A stretch of 63,816 nt of DNA, counting the filler, from Lenisia limosa (taxonomy: Eukaryota > Protista > Breviatea), in the NCBI GenBank assembly GCA_001655205.1. It is 13 parts of 13 records of this genome, joined end to end, with 100 filler letters (N's around TTAATTAATTAA, not from the genome) between each part and the next. Parts side by side here need not be neighbours in the genome. Positions count along the whole stretch, not along the records: positions 6,682 to 14,924 come from LPNZ01003793.1; positions 15,025 to 16,781 come from LPNZ01003237.1; positions 16,882 to 21,442 come from LPNZ01003131.1; positions 21,543 to 28,370 come from LPNZ01003105.1; 9 more parts are not named here. The stretch is one strand, 5' to 3'. Shown in pieces: positions 13,501 through 24,600 of this stretch. Every line of letters begins with the position of its first letter. The first letter of the stretch is position 1. Under the pieces are notes generated by a model that did no database searches, was not told where the DNA came from, and saw only the letters and a program-made list of their open reading frames with translations. Made by a program: the position numbers and the translations under genes.

Positions 13501-14902
13501 AGCCACTGCCATCGGAGTCGTACCGGCTGAATCCGAAGGCGTTGTGGCTGTGTTCAGCCCCAGGGCTCTGCAAGGTTAATTCAGAAACTTATAATATCAT
13601 GTATTATGTCATAATATGTACTGGTACTTCTATGTACATGATATGATACAATGTTAAAATTTCAACAACCTGAGTTGAGGGCAAATTCCCTTTTTTTAAT
13701 GTTGGTAAAAGGACTCACAGTATTTCTATCAAAGGCATATCATTACTTATGCTGTATTTTCACAAAATGACAAAATGAGAGTACTTATACAGTGACCGGG
13801 ATAAGACTTGACCGATTTTTCCTTGGGAAGTCAGGTGGTAAATCGGTCAAGACTTACCCCCGTCTATATAGACATATTGGGCTTCACTTCAGTTCGAAAA
13901 ATACCGGCAAAATATCGATAGTTTACGAGGAGTTTTTGAGAAATTCAGTCTTTTTTCGAACCGCAGTGAAGCTCAATGTACATATGATATATAATTATGT
14001 CAAGAAGAAGAATATCAAACAAATTGCTAGTATTTCTTGCCCTTAGCTCACCATATCAGTATATAATACATGTAGAGTAGTTATATGCCCCATGCAATAC
14101 CCCTCCCCCTGGCCTGGGCTTTGTTTGTTTTGTTCTTATCAACCTTCGTGTGTTGCTAGCCAACAGAGTTTAATTATGGACTTTGACTCATAAATTTCTC
14201 AATTTACTCCCCTCTCACGGTATATTCAAGATGCCCGAGGCACGTCGTCTCTGTTGTGAGAGGTCAGGAAAGCTCTTGCGGGGTTCTTCAGGTGCGGCGG
14301 CGATTGTTTCTTCTTGGGGAGTGGAAATACGAACTAGGTCACGTGAGAAAGGTACATTTTGTTATCAAAATCCCACACGCGCGATATCAATGTCCCTTAA
14401 TAAACGTGATGTTGTGGATGGCTACTTATACACGTCAGAAGTTGAGTTTAAAGGTGTACTGTGACAGAGATAAGTCTGCCAATTTGCTCTATAATTTTCC
14501 CAAGGAGAATTGGTCAACACTTACCCCGGTCACTGTATAATATATCAGCTATAAACTCAACTTCAGCCGCCTAAATTTTAAATTGTGTCAATTAATTTCT
14601 TCAAAAAGTGAACTGCACGGAGTTCTAATTATGAGCCTACTTATGTGGTATACATAATTAAGAGAGGAAGTCATTACAATGACAGATTAGACTGATATCA
14701 TTGTCTTAGGAAGGGACCAATATTGAATATGTCTTGGGCTTCACTTCGGTTCAAAAAAAGACCGGTAAAATATCTCCCAACATCTCCAACCCCCTCGTGT
14801 GTGTATCCAGCCTACTTGTGGGGGTGGACTCAGCAGACGATCCAGCCGATCGCGTTCTTCCTAATGAACGTGGCGGCTGTCCTGAGGAAACGGGCGAACC
14901 TC
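10521..14902 (-). CDS. Hypothetical protein: S/P-rich region, coiled coil, single TM helix, short C-terminal domain (5' truncated; 3' end uncertain)
   Basis: Nine consecutive phase-compatible exons: GGSPVSSGQPP..., IRISTPQEETIAAAPEEPRK..., LTTKVQTLREDIDEVKADVSSILSQLQTL, AGTLGDKVEAVATSVDNLTGRLDL, VDRSTVRLSKEIDLTRQRADEAGQ, ..., ASTLADWAFYFLSFLLSGIAAVAFVITNSFDKIKRFF. Confidence 0.7.
10641..10762 (+). repeat. Family D element abutting a 3' splice site of the minus-strand gene
   Basis: AAAATGGAAAATTTATGAAAAC..GCCCAAATCAACTCTGTTAGCT.ACAACACACGAGGGTTG..AACAAACAAAGCCTAGGCCAGTCGCTTCTGC; AG acceptor (CTG on +) at 10635-10637. Confidence 0.85.
11222..11300 (-). repeat. Family D element ~20 nt from a donor
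   Basis: CAACAGAGTTGATTTGGGTTTT...CCCCC; minus-strand donor at 11319-11320. Confidence 0.7.
11521..11620. mobile_element. hAT-like MITE, family A
   Basis: TIRs TTGGGCTTCGCTTCGGTTCG / CGAACCGAAGTGAAGCCTTA. Confidence 0.85.
12283..12381. mobile_element. hAT-like MITE inserted at the end of a family C fragment
   Basis: Follows C fragment 12222-12278; ATAATACC/ATAATACT flanks. Confidence 0.8.
12670..12778 (+). repeat. Family C element
   Basis: GGTTGTATCTGGCCAAAGCCGTCCACATCAT...CTGTGCACACAACTTTCTGTGTGCCT. Confidence 0.75.
12793..12890. mobile_element. hAT-like MITE, family A
   Basis: TSD GCAACAAC/GCAACACC (7/8). Confidence 0.9.
13788..13868. mobile_element. Tc1/mariner-like hairpin MITE, family E
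   Basis: TA-CAGTGACCGGGATAAG.CTTGACCGATT...AATCGGTCAAGACTTA. Confidence 0.75.
13877..13976. mobile_element. hAT-like MITE, family A
   Basis: TIRs present; TAGACATA/TGTACATA flanks; adjacent to family E copy. Confidence 0.8.
14110..14212 (-). repeat. Family D element abutting a 5' splice site
   Basis: Minus strand reads exon|GTGAGAGGGGAGTAAATTGAGAAATTTATG...; donor at 14217-14218. Confidence 0.85.
14457..14537. mobile_element. Family E hairpin MITE
   Basis: TACTGTGACAGAGATAAGTC...CTTACCCCGGTCACTGTA. Confidence 0.75.
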
Positions 14903-15024
14903 CTGGCGGGGGGGGGGGGGAAAANNNNNNNNNNNNNNNNNNNNNNNNNNNNNNNNNNNNNNNNNNNNTTAATTAATTAANNNNNNNNNNNNNNNNNNNN
15001 NNNNNNNNNNNNNNNNNNNNNNNN

Positions 15025-15598
15025 TAGGATGGAATTGGCCTTGTTGGCAACACCGTTATTTTGCTTATTGGTAATACCTACCTGGGGAGACACGGAACAA
15101 CGCAGGAGGCTACTGAAGATGATGTGGGGGGTGAAATACACTTTTTGAGTCGGGGAAACATCATCATCATCAATATCATCTTCTTATTCATCATCGTCAA
15201 CAACAACAACATCATCGTCACCCCTCTAGTCATGGGTTCTACTGCTATCAGTTTTCTCAATCCTCGTCATCATTCCCATTATCTTTGCTGTCGCCATGAT
15301 GCGCTCCTTCAAGGACGGTGGGGGGGGGGGAGTCTCGTTAGAAAAAGAAAAAAGGGGGGGCTAACAGAGTTGATTTTGGTTTTTTTTTTAAAAAAAATTT
15401 TTTTTTTTTTTTTCNNNNNNNNNNNNNNNNNNNNNNNNNNNNNNNNNNNNNNNNNNNNNNNNNNNNNNNNNNNNNNNNNNNNNNNNNNNNNNNNNNNNNN
15501 NNNNNNNNNNNNNNNNNNNNNNNNNNNNNNNNNNNNNNNNTGCCGAGTTGGAAAAGAATGATGTGCTAGGCTTCGAGGACGAGGAGAGTGAGGAATAG
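15025..15598 (+). CDS. C-terminal exons of a membrane protein (5' truncated)
   Basis: Exon 15230-15317 SWVLLLSVFSILVIIPIIFAVAMMRSFKD; terminal AELEKNDVLGFEDEESEE*. Confidence 0.45.
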
Positions 15599-15891
15599 AT
15601 CTTCGGGTCAGTTGTTTGAAGTACTATGTGATGTTTTTTGTAGATGTGATTCTTTGTATCAAACTTTGTGTGAGGGTTATGTATCTTTTAGACCTTTAAT
15701 ATGGCGCAGGTTTAAAACTGGTAATACGTATAATGCTCAAAGTTCAAATATGTACTCTAGATATCCAGTTGTAATAAAACCTTAGCCCTTTAACATGAAA
15801 AATAAATTTCTTCTTCAAATCTAAAACACACACAAAAGCAAAAAAAAATAAAACACAAAAACCGATTCGAAAAGCAGGAAGATGGAGGCGG

Positions 15892-16781
15892 TTATCCACC
15901 TTCCGGTACCAGTGTATCGAGGGAAGCCAGGGCTTGATCAATGTCATCATCATAGGTCTTTTGCCCAATCTGAAAGGTCATGCATATGGGTGATTGCTTT
16001 AAAATGAGGGCTTCCCTACAGTCTCAAAAAAAGACTGAATTCCTCCTTTAATCCTCCTTAAATAACGTTATTTGACCGGTCTCCATTCATCACATTGCCC
16101 CCCTCCCTCTCTTAACGTCTTTTGACCAATCTGTTGTAGAATATTCCTCAATTCTTGATTGCAGTAAAAGGCCTTTATTTACAAATTTGCCTTCCTTTGA
16201 CAGCCTCCAATACCCCACCCCCAATTCTAGATTGTGATATGATATTGCAACAACCCACCTCATTCCTCAATGTGTGGACGACAACAGCACCCGAGTCATA
16301 GCTAATGGCAAGCTGCGGAACTAATTCGGTTAATAATAGGTGAATTTTTGGTCAAAATGTAGGTCACTTTCAGTTCCAAAAAAGACTGAATCCTCGATAA
16401 GTTCTCGATAAATCCTCAACGATTTTTTCGATAAGTTCTCGATAAATATCGATGTTTTAACGATCTGTTTGGAGATGAAAATGAAGCTCTAATATACATG
16501 TACTGGCATACCATCCAGGCTGGGGGCAAAAGTGATGGAGGTGACTCCTCCTTCGGCAGTCTGCAGGCTGATGGAACCTCTAGGTTTATTAAACAATTAA
16601 ATAAAATCTAGCAATTACATAATCTACACTTATCGTATGATACATCCGAATCCCCCCACCGGTGCCCCATTGGACACGAGGCGCTAGGCCAGGCTGCCAG
16701 GACGGGATGGACGGAAGCGTCTCGAACTGGCTTGGATTCCGGCGCAACGTCAGCAAGGTGGAGCGTGGAGGCGGCGTCTAG
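15892..16781 (-). CDS. C-terminal part of a WD40-like repeat protein (5' truncated)
   Basis: Phase-compatible exons give RGSISLQTAEGGVTSITFAPSLDVPQLAISYDSGAVVVHTLRNE ... IGQKTYDDDIDQALASLDTLVPEGG*. Confidence 0.5.
16360..16491. mobile_element. hAT-like MITE, subfamily A3, with internal duplication
   Basis: Right end ATGAAAATGAAGCTCTA; duplicated CGATAAGTTCTCGATAAAT. Confidence 0.65.
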
Positions 16782-16881
16782 NNNNNNNNNNNNNNNNNNN
16801 NNNNNNNNNNNNNNNNNNNNNNNNNTTAATTAATTAANNNNNNNNNNNNNNNNNNNNNNNNNNNNNNNNNNNNNNNNNNNN

Positions 16882-17796
16882 TGAGAGGTTGTCGCCATTG
16901 GAGTGGACAATAGCGGCACGGGATGACACGTAGTGGGCCTTGTGGAAGGTGCAATCTTAAGGGATGATTAAAACGGATCATCCGGGGGTATTAGAAGGAG
17001 ATGAGGTATGCTGATTGGTACTACTGCATCTAATAGATACGTAGAGCTATGCTTTTCGGTTCCAAAAAGAGACAGAGTTCTCGTTAAATCCTCGATAAAT
17101 ATCGATATTTGACACGTGTTTTAAAATGAAAATGAAGCTCTAACTTTAAGAGGTCATTACTTTAGTGACTCGTTCGAATAAATTTGCATAACGGTTGCGA
17201 CAATAATACGACTTTCTGATAGCAGTTTGAAAACTGAAGCAAGACATATCACAAATATTAGAGACTTCAATTTCGACACTTTATAACAAATTTTGAGAGG
17301 GGGAATGAATTGCGCAGGAGTTCTAAAAACGAAGATTCTGGTAACTCAAAAAGTTCTCGAAAAGATCTGACGGAATACAAAGCCAGAAACAAGATCAATG
17401 CCCCATCTTTTCCTCTCATCTTTAAAAGAAGTAAAAAAACAAAGCAGCAATGGGTGGGAAGAGAAGAGGGGAAGATTGGTCCGATCAAAGAGGATTCATT
17501 CTGGTCAAAGAAAAACGAAGATTTGGTCACGGCTTACCCTTAACCTCGTCGTAATGGTTGAATACAATGACATGGGCGCCTTCAGAAGGGGCAGCCTGGT
17601 AAATGGTGAGGAAGATTTAGCAGAAATATCACAGCGGTACAACTCACCTCTTTGACAATGTGGGTTTCTGTGTTTAACACACCAGTAGAAAGCTTAATCT
17701 GCACATAATAAGTCGAATAGAGGCCTATAGTCTTACCTCCAGAGAAAATGAAGCCGTGATTAGCGCCAAAAGCACTAATGATATAACCCCCTTCAT
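16882..17796 (-). CDS. N-terminus of a secreted protein (3' truncated by gap)
   Basis: Signal peptide MKGVISLVLLALITASFSLE, then IKLSTGVLNTETHIVKE / AAPSEGAHVIVFNHYDEVK / DERKRWGIDLVSGF with canonical splice sites. Confidence 0.55.
17042..17142. mobile_element. hAT-like MITE, subfamily A3
   Basis: TAGAGCT...ATGAAAATGAAGCTCTA. Confidence 0.7.
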
Positions 17797-18398
17797 TATT
17801 GACCAGTATTGACTTATCAAATGAAGAAGGTAGAGGCTAAATTCCCCCAAAAAAACTAGTGAAAAGGGGAATTGCGTTGACGCTCGGCGTTAGTATAAAA
17901 TTCTTTTTCATTTATTGCCTATTTATTAGACCTGCTTTCTGAATTTACTTTATTTTTGCATTATACTACGATTTATGGCGGTTTAATAATGCTTAATGTT
18001 CAAGGAAGCTCAACTGTCTAAACAGCTCCTTTGAGTATTCCCCCTATTCCGAAGGTTTGAGGGACTATGCTTGGGTAATATATTTACAGTGGCCGCATTA
18101 ATGACACGGATTTGTGTTTTTTTTCTTCAGGCAATCGTTTCAAGACTTGTACACACTGACCGCGATAAGTTAAGACCTATTGAGACCGGTGTTAGTCAAT
18201 CATGTCAATCATGTCTTGATCATTTGAAATGTGATTATTAGATCAGTTTCGAATACTAAAAGATAAAAAGTTATTATCATCGATCGAGTCAATAATGGAG
18301 GGCATCTCCTTTGGTTTTGTAATATGCTGGGTTCGCTTTATTTGTTCTGATTGTGCGTTATTTTCGGAGTATAAAGCCATTTAAACCCTAAGCCCACC

Positions 18399-18450
18399 CA
18401 CAGAGTTGATTTGGTTTTTTTTTGTTCATAAATTTTCCAATTTTACTCTG
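18399..18450 (-). repeat. Family D fragment forming the polypyrimidine tract of a plus-strand intron
   Basis: CAGAGTTGATTTGG...CATAAATTTTCCAATTTTACTCTGCAG|; acceptor at 18451-18453. Confidence 0.8.
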
Positions 18451-18453
18451 CAG

Positions 18454-21311
18454 AAGCCACTGGTGTTTGTTTTGTTGTTTTTAACCGTTGTTTCCCCAAA
18501 CTTTCTAGCCAATAGATTTGATTCTGGGTTTTTTTGGTTCAATTTTTTTTTTCATTTACCATACGTTGTTGGCAGCCAACAGAATTGATTGGGTTTTAGC
18601 CCCTTCCCCAGAACACGGGATGCTTCGGGGTGATGACAGCCGCCAGCACCAGATGCAGTATTCGGACTTGAAACTCGAGAACGATGTAAGCCACCTAGGA
18701 ACGAAAATGAAAATAGTTAATGTTCGTGAAGTGAATGAAGATAGTTAACGCTTGTTAAGTTCATGAAAATAGTTAATACTCGTGAAGTTAATGATACTGA
18801 AATGAAGGTAGTTTATAATACTAATAAAATGAAGATAGTTCAAAACTATTAAAATGAAGACAGTTCATAATACTATTAAAATGAAGATTAAAATGAAGAT
18901 AGTTCATAATACTATTAAAATGAAGATTAAAATGAAGATAGTTCATAATACTATTTAAATGAAGATAGTTCATAATACTATTAATGTTATTAAAATGAAG
19001 ATAGTCCATACTTACCCCCCCCAACAGGTAGTCCATATCCACCGTCTGTGGAAGGAAGCCTCGGAAGCCCTGAAACACCGGAGTGATGAGGCGGTTCATC
19101 TGCAGCAGGAAGTGGCAAGATTGCAGGTGGGTGGGAGAGGGTTCAAGATATTACAGGTGTTNNNNNNNNNNNNNNNNNNNNNNNNNNNNNNNNNNNNNNN
19201 NNNNNNNNNNNNNNNNNNNNNNNNNNNNNNNNNNNNNNNNNNNNNNNNNNNNNNNNNNNNNNNNNNNNNNNNNNNNNNNNNNNNNNNNNNNNNNNNNNNN
19301 NNNNNNNNNNNNNNNNNNNNNNNACCGACAGGCGTTTACGGCCTCTCTTCTCAGTCAAGCCCGCAGTGATATTGGGGGGTTGAAGGTGGGGTGATGTTGT
19401 GTCATACAGTGGCCGGTAAGTCTTGACCAATTTGCTCAATGATTTCCCAATGAAAATTGGTCAACGTTTCAATTTTAATCCTAAAAAACCTGTAAAATAT
19501 CGATTGTATTGTAGGTTTATTTAGAATTTGGTCTTTTATGGAACCATATTCCTCATCGAAATGTTCAAACTAAGTTTTGTTCTCCAACCACCTACAGAGT
19601 TGATGATGGGCTTTTTAAGTAGCATAAATTTTCCAATTTTGCCCCTCCCCCCCAAGTTTATTGCTTGTTTTNNNNNNNNNNNNNNNNNNNNNNNNNNNNN
19701 NNNNNNNNNNNNNNNNNNNNNNNNNNNNNNNNNNNNNNNNNNNNNNNNNNNNNNNNNNNNNNNNNNNNNNNNNNNNNNNNNNNNNNNNNNNNNNNNNNNN
19801 NNNNNNNNNNNNNNNNNNNNNNNNNNNNNNNNNNNNNNNNNNNNNNNNNNNNNNNNNNNNACCAGGCCCAGGAATCCATGCGGAATGCCAATACGCTGCA
19901 TGAGGTAGGCTACTACATGCATGGGGTTGGGGCATCGTAATTAGGGCTTCTCTGCAGTTCGAAAAAGATCGTTACAATATCGGTATTTATCGAGGATTTA
20001 TCGAGGATTTATCGAGAAATTTTGTCTTTGGGACCGTAGGGAAGCCACAATCTTATATAGTACATGTATATACAGTGACTTGGATAAATCTTGACTTTTT
20101 TTTCGGGAAATCATAAGGCAAATCGGTCAAGACATATCTCGGTCACTGTACAGATTTACACTGCCAGCAATAAGTCTTGACTAGGGCTTCACTTCGGTTC
20201 GACTGAATTTCTCGATAAATCCTCGAAAGCTATCGATTTTATACTGGATTTTTTCGAACCGAAGTGAAACCCTTGTCCTGACACGATTGACAAGATTTTG
20301 ATAGATGTCTTTGATTGGATAATGGAAAATGCTAAGCTGTTCTTGTGGCTGAAATTCTTGATTGGGCTATATAAATTACCAGGCTCAGCAGAGTCATGAT
20401 CAACACAACATAATATTGGAATTCCCTACGTTTTAAAAAAAAACTGAATATCTCGAATCCTTGCTAATATCGATATTTTATTGATCATTGTCGGACCGTA
20501 AGCCGATTTTTCGCAAAATAACCAATATCAGAGCCAACTTTCCCGTTTGTAACCAGGTTTTAGCGAGACTTAGCAAAACACTCATCTGCCATCGTGATAG
20601 ATATCCTTGATTGATGAGCAAAACACTCATCTGTTGTCGTGATTGATATCCTTGATTGATTAGCAAAACACTCATCTGCTGTCGTGATTGATATCCTTGA
20701 TTGATATTAGGAAAACGCCAATCTCAGAGCGGAACTGGCGAAAGCGCGTCAGGAGTGTGCGGATGCACGAAATTGGGCGTCTTATCAGGAGGCTGAGTTT
20801 GGATCGTGGGTGGGGGGGAACGGTTTTTTGGTTATATTGTTTTTAGGTTCTAGTTTTGTATCAACTAGTGGGGTAGAAGGTGTTACTAATTCGCATATTC
20901 CCAAAATTCCTCTCATTTCCCCAGGGTCTCACAGCAGCTGGAGGCTTCGCGCCATGAGCTGCAGACTGCGCTTACAGACGCGCAATTACTCCGAAGGGAG
21001 GTGACTGNNNNNNNNNNNNNNNNNNNNNNNNNNNNNNNNNNNNNNNNNNNNNNNNNNNNNNNNNACGCGAAAGAAACGTAACAAAAAAACTTATTATACG
21101 TAGGGCTCCCCTTCAATCCCAAAAAGACTGAATTTTTAGATAAATCCTCGTAAATATCGCTATTTAACCGGTTTTTTGAGACCGTGGGGAAGCCCTAAAT
21201 ATACTTCTTACATATCATATCCTTGTCTAAATTCCCTCATTTTGAAGTTGGAAGTTTCGTTGAAAGAGTCCGAAGCCAAAGTGGCTACTATCGAAGAAAG
21301 CAAATTGACAG
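18454..21311 (+). CDS. Coiled-coil hypothetical protein (partial)
   Basis: Exons EHGMLRGDDSRQHQMQYSDLKLEND, VVHIHRLWKEASEALKHRSDEAVHLQQEVARLQ, ENANLRAELAKARQECADARNWASYQEAEFGS, VSQQLEASRHELQTALTDAQLLRR, LEVSLKESEAKVATIEESKLT. Confidence 0.6.
18705..19010 (+). repeat. Intronic AT-rich minisatellite
   Basis: AAAATGAAGATAGTTCATAATACTATT (27 bp) and 11-bp sub-units, about 8 copies, degenerating 5'-ward. Confidence 0.85.
19942..20048. mobile_element. hAT-like MITE, A1/A2 hybrid
   Basis: Left TIR intermediate, right TIR A2; triplicated ATTTATCGAGG. Confidence 0.75.
20071..20150. mobile_element. Family E hairpin MITE
   Basis: TACAGTGAC...GTCACTGTA. Confidence 0.85.
20182..20274. mobile_element. 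hAT-like MITE nested in a family E-related element
   Basis: TSD GTCTTGAC/GTCCTGAC lies within the E-type motif ATAAGTCYTGACACG. Confidence 0.85.
20572..20706 (+). repeat. 45-bp tandem repeat x3
   Basis: AGCAAAACACTCATCTGYYRTCGTGATWGATATCCTTGATTGATK. Confidence 0.9.
21101..21197. mobile_element. hAT-like MITE, subfamily A2
   Basis: TAGGGCTCCCC...GGGGAAGCCCTA; ATTATACG/AATATACT flanks. Confidence 0.8.
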
Positions 21312-21556
21312 GTATGATGAAGTGGGTCCACTTTTATCTTACTTGCCTTGTATTGCAATTGGCTGCATAGTTTACTTGCCAAAATATCTCGATAAATCCT
21401 CGATAAATATCGATATTTAAACGGTCTTTTTTTGGACCGCAGNNNNNNNNNNNNNNNNNNNNNNNNNNNNNNNNNNNNNNNNNNNNTTAATTAATTAANN
21501 NNNNNNNNNNNNNNNNNNNNNNNNNNNNNNNNNNNNNNNNNNATAACATCCCCACT

Positions 21557-21658
21557 TTAAAGCAGGGTGGTAATTCAAGCCTTGTTCAATATGCGCCAAT
21601 CTTACACGAAAAATGAAAGACAATCCGAGCCAATTTCTGAATTACCACGCTGATTTAA
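21557..21658. mobile_element. TTAA-bounded ~100-bp inverted-repeat element (single copy)
   Basis: TTAA-AGCAGGGTGGTAATTCA...TGAATTACCACGCTGAT-TTAA. Confidence 0.4.
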
Positions 21659-21671
21659 GCACCCCCCCCAC

Positions 21672-24600
21672 CTCCAGAACGTGTCGTAAGTTGTCGATAA
21701 AGTTCTTTTCAGTGTCACGAAGTTCGAACACCACGCCCCGCCTTTTATCTGCGGAGTAAAATTGGAAAGTTTTTGAAATAAAAAAGCCCAAAATCAATCT
21801 GTTGGCTGACAACACACAAGGGTTGATAACAACAACAACAAAAAAAACAGACGTAGCCTAGGCCAATTGCTTCTGTAGCACCGCATTCAGGGTGATAAGA
21901 ATCAATATTATAGGGAGACAAATAATTATTTTTATTAGGAGAAGAATGGTTTGCTTTTCAAAATGCGACTTGTCTATTATCTAGCGATCCTTAAAGTGGT
22001 AGTTCAAAGCTGACAGGGGATCAGGCAAGGCATGGGTTAAGATGGGGTAACTACATATTATTTTATATTTAGAATACAGACATGACAGAATTAGGAGAAA
22101 GCCTAAGCACTAAAACCAGCCCCTTAAAAATCCGAATTTATTGTTATACCTTGGATGTTACAGAGTTCCCCCCCCCTCCCCCTCTCCTCCAACTATTTTG
22201 CTTGTCTGTAATTGAGATTTCTTTGTTCCTTCTTCCTGAGAATTGAGTTTGGATCAGTTCAACCTAAAGAGTCAAAACCATCGAATAATCTTATATATTA
22301 TATATTATTAACCAGGAAGTGAAGCCCTCCTCTTCTGACTCTCCCCACCTGTGCAAGTTGGTGGCTATGTAGCAAAGAGCGCCTTTCTTGATGATGTCGT
22401 TTCTTCATCTGGATCGTAATGTTGGCTTTTAATTGTCATACAAAAATGAAAGGAAACCAGTTCCAAGCTAACCAAAAGGATCTGCTTGTTTTTCTGACTC
22501 GATTCCTTTGACGCCTTGAGAGCGGCAAGCTCGCCAGTTTGACGGCGGCGTAATCTGAGGGGGGGGGGGTAAAATTGGAAAATGAAACAAAAATAAAAAG
22601 CTCAAATCAACTCTGTAGGCTGTAAAGATGCAAAATTAAGGGAGCATTTGGCCTTTTGAAGGGGGGGGGGAGTTCCTGGCATGCACACACCTTGCCTGTT
22701 CATCCCTCTGCGACACCAGAAGATCCTCACGCTCAGACTCGTCCTAAATCGTCAAGGCCCATGTACTTCATATTCGAGGGAAATTAATTGTTTTAAGCAG
22801 GGCTCCTTGCACAAGTTACGGCTTCACTTCGATTCGAAAAAAGACTGAATTTTTCGATGAATCTTCGAAAATTATCGATATGTTACCAGTATTTTTTAAC
22901 TGAAGTGAAGCCCTAGTCAAGGTCCAAGAGATATCAGAGAAAATGGCCATAAAGTTGTTCCCGTCACCAGTTTTATCAAAAAAAAAAAAGACGGAACAAG
23001 TTAGTCATTCACACCATCACGCTGATAAGAGATAATGGATAAAACAAAACCTGTCATGTCTTATAGAAACCTGTCATCCTCACCAGTCTCTCCATAGAGC
23101 TCCGTAATGAAGATTGAAGACTCGGAATCGGCTTGACTACGTTAGCTTGCGCAAAGGCCTCGAGCTCAAACTCGTCACTCTCACGTGGAGGCGTGTCAAC
23201 AACCATAAAACGGCTCGGAGTGGTTTGAGGCCCTGGCGTCTCACAAGGCGATCGGGTAACTGCCCGGGACGCGGGGCTCATGGGGCTCTGGACTAAGAGG
23301 TGGGAGTTGCTAGGCTTGGGAGATGGTGATCTTGAGATCTTGGGCGAGGAGAGGCGATGGCTGATAAGGGGTGGCGTGACAGAGATCGTTCTGCGCGAGT
23401 CTTTGCGCNNNNNNNNNNNNNNNNNNNNNNNNNNNNNNNNNNNNNNNNNNNNNNNNNNNNNNNNNNNNNNNNNNNNNNNNNNNNNNNNNNNNNNNNNNNN
23501 NNNNNNNNNNNNNNNNNNNNNNNNNNNNNNNNNNNNNNNNNNNNNNNNNNNNNNNNNNNNNNNNNNNNNNNNNNNNNNNNNNNNNNNNNNNNNNNNNNNN
23601 NNNNNNNNNNNNNNNNNNNNNNNNNNNNNNNNNTGCACAGCTTTCTCCGTGCCTCCCCAATATGATAATAATATTAAAAAATATGATACATACAGAATCC
23701 GAGGTAATTCCTGACACGATTGACTCAAGATAAAGCTCAATATCCGTGTCAGGACTTATCGCGGTTAGTGTACATTACACCATAACCAGGGCTTCCCAAG
23801 AGTCTGAAAAAGACCGATAAAATATAGAGAATTCATTGAGAAAATCATTCTTTTTGGGACAGTAGGGAAGCCCTAACCATAATATAGTAGTATGTATCAC
23901 GCATACCGATATGAAGGTTGGAGAGGGAGCTCGACATTGACTCGGTTGTTGCTGAGTGTAGGGTCGGGGGTGATGGTGGGTTGAATCTGGTAGGAAATGT
24001 ATGAAATGACAAGACAGTTTTCGAGGATTTATCGAGTAATTTTTTTGAACCGAAGTGAAGCCTTCAGTTCTCTGTGATAGTTGTGACCACAGAGAATTGT
24101 CCGATATTAAACATCAGGTCAAGATATTGTATTATAGTATTATAATATATTTTCACCCATCATTTGCTTTACAACGCTGTGCACACAGCTAACTGCGAAC
24201 CAAACCCACAGATCATGGCATGAATTTGACGACGTTCGAAGAGTTGGTGTGACTGGATCAGTAAAAACAAGGCAAATGATTACGTTGTAAAAAGCTCTAT
24301 CAACGTATTGGTATATAGTAGTGTGTAAAATGTGTGATTAAAAGCAAATCACATCAAATCACAAAGGTAACGAAAGACGCCTTTGACATCCAATCATCCA
24401 CTACCTCCAGATTTCAAATTTTCTATCCGAACCAATTTTTATCATATATGCCCAGTGAAGCTCCACGAAGCTTTTTTGCCCAGTCAAGCTGCAGCCAGCA
24501 CCCCCAAAGCTCTTTTGCCCAGTCAAGCCGCAGCCTGCACCCACGAAGCTCTCACCAGAATTGTAATTTTAATATTAGAATATAGTGCATTTACGATTTT

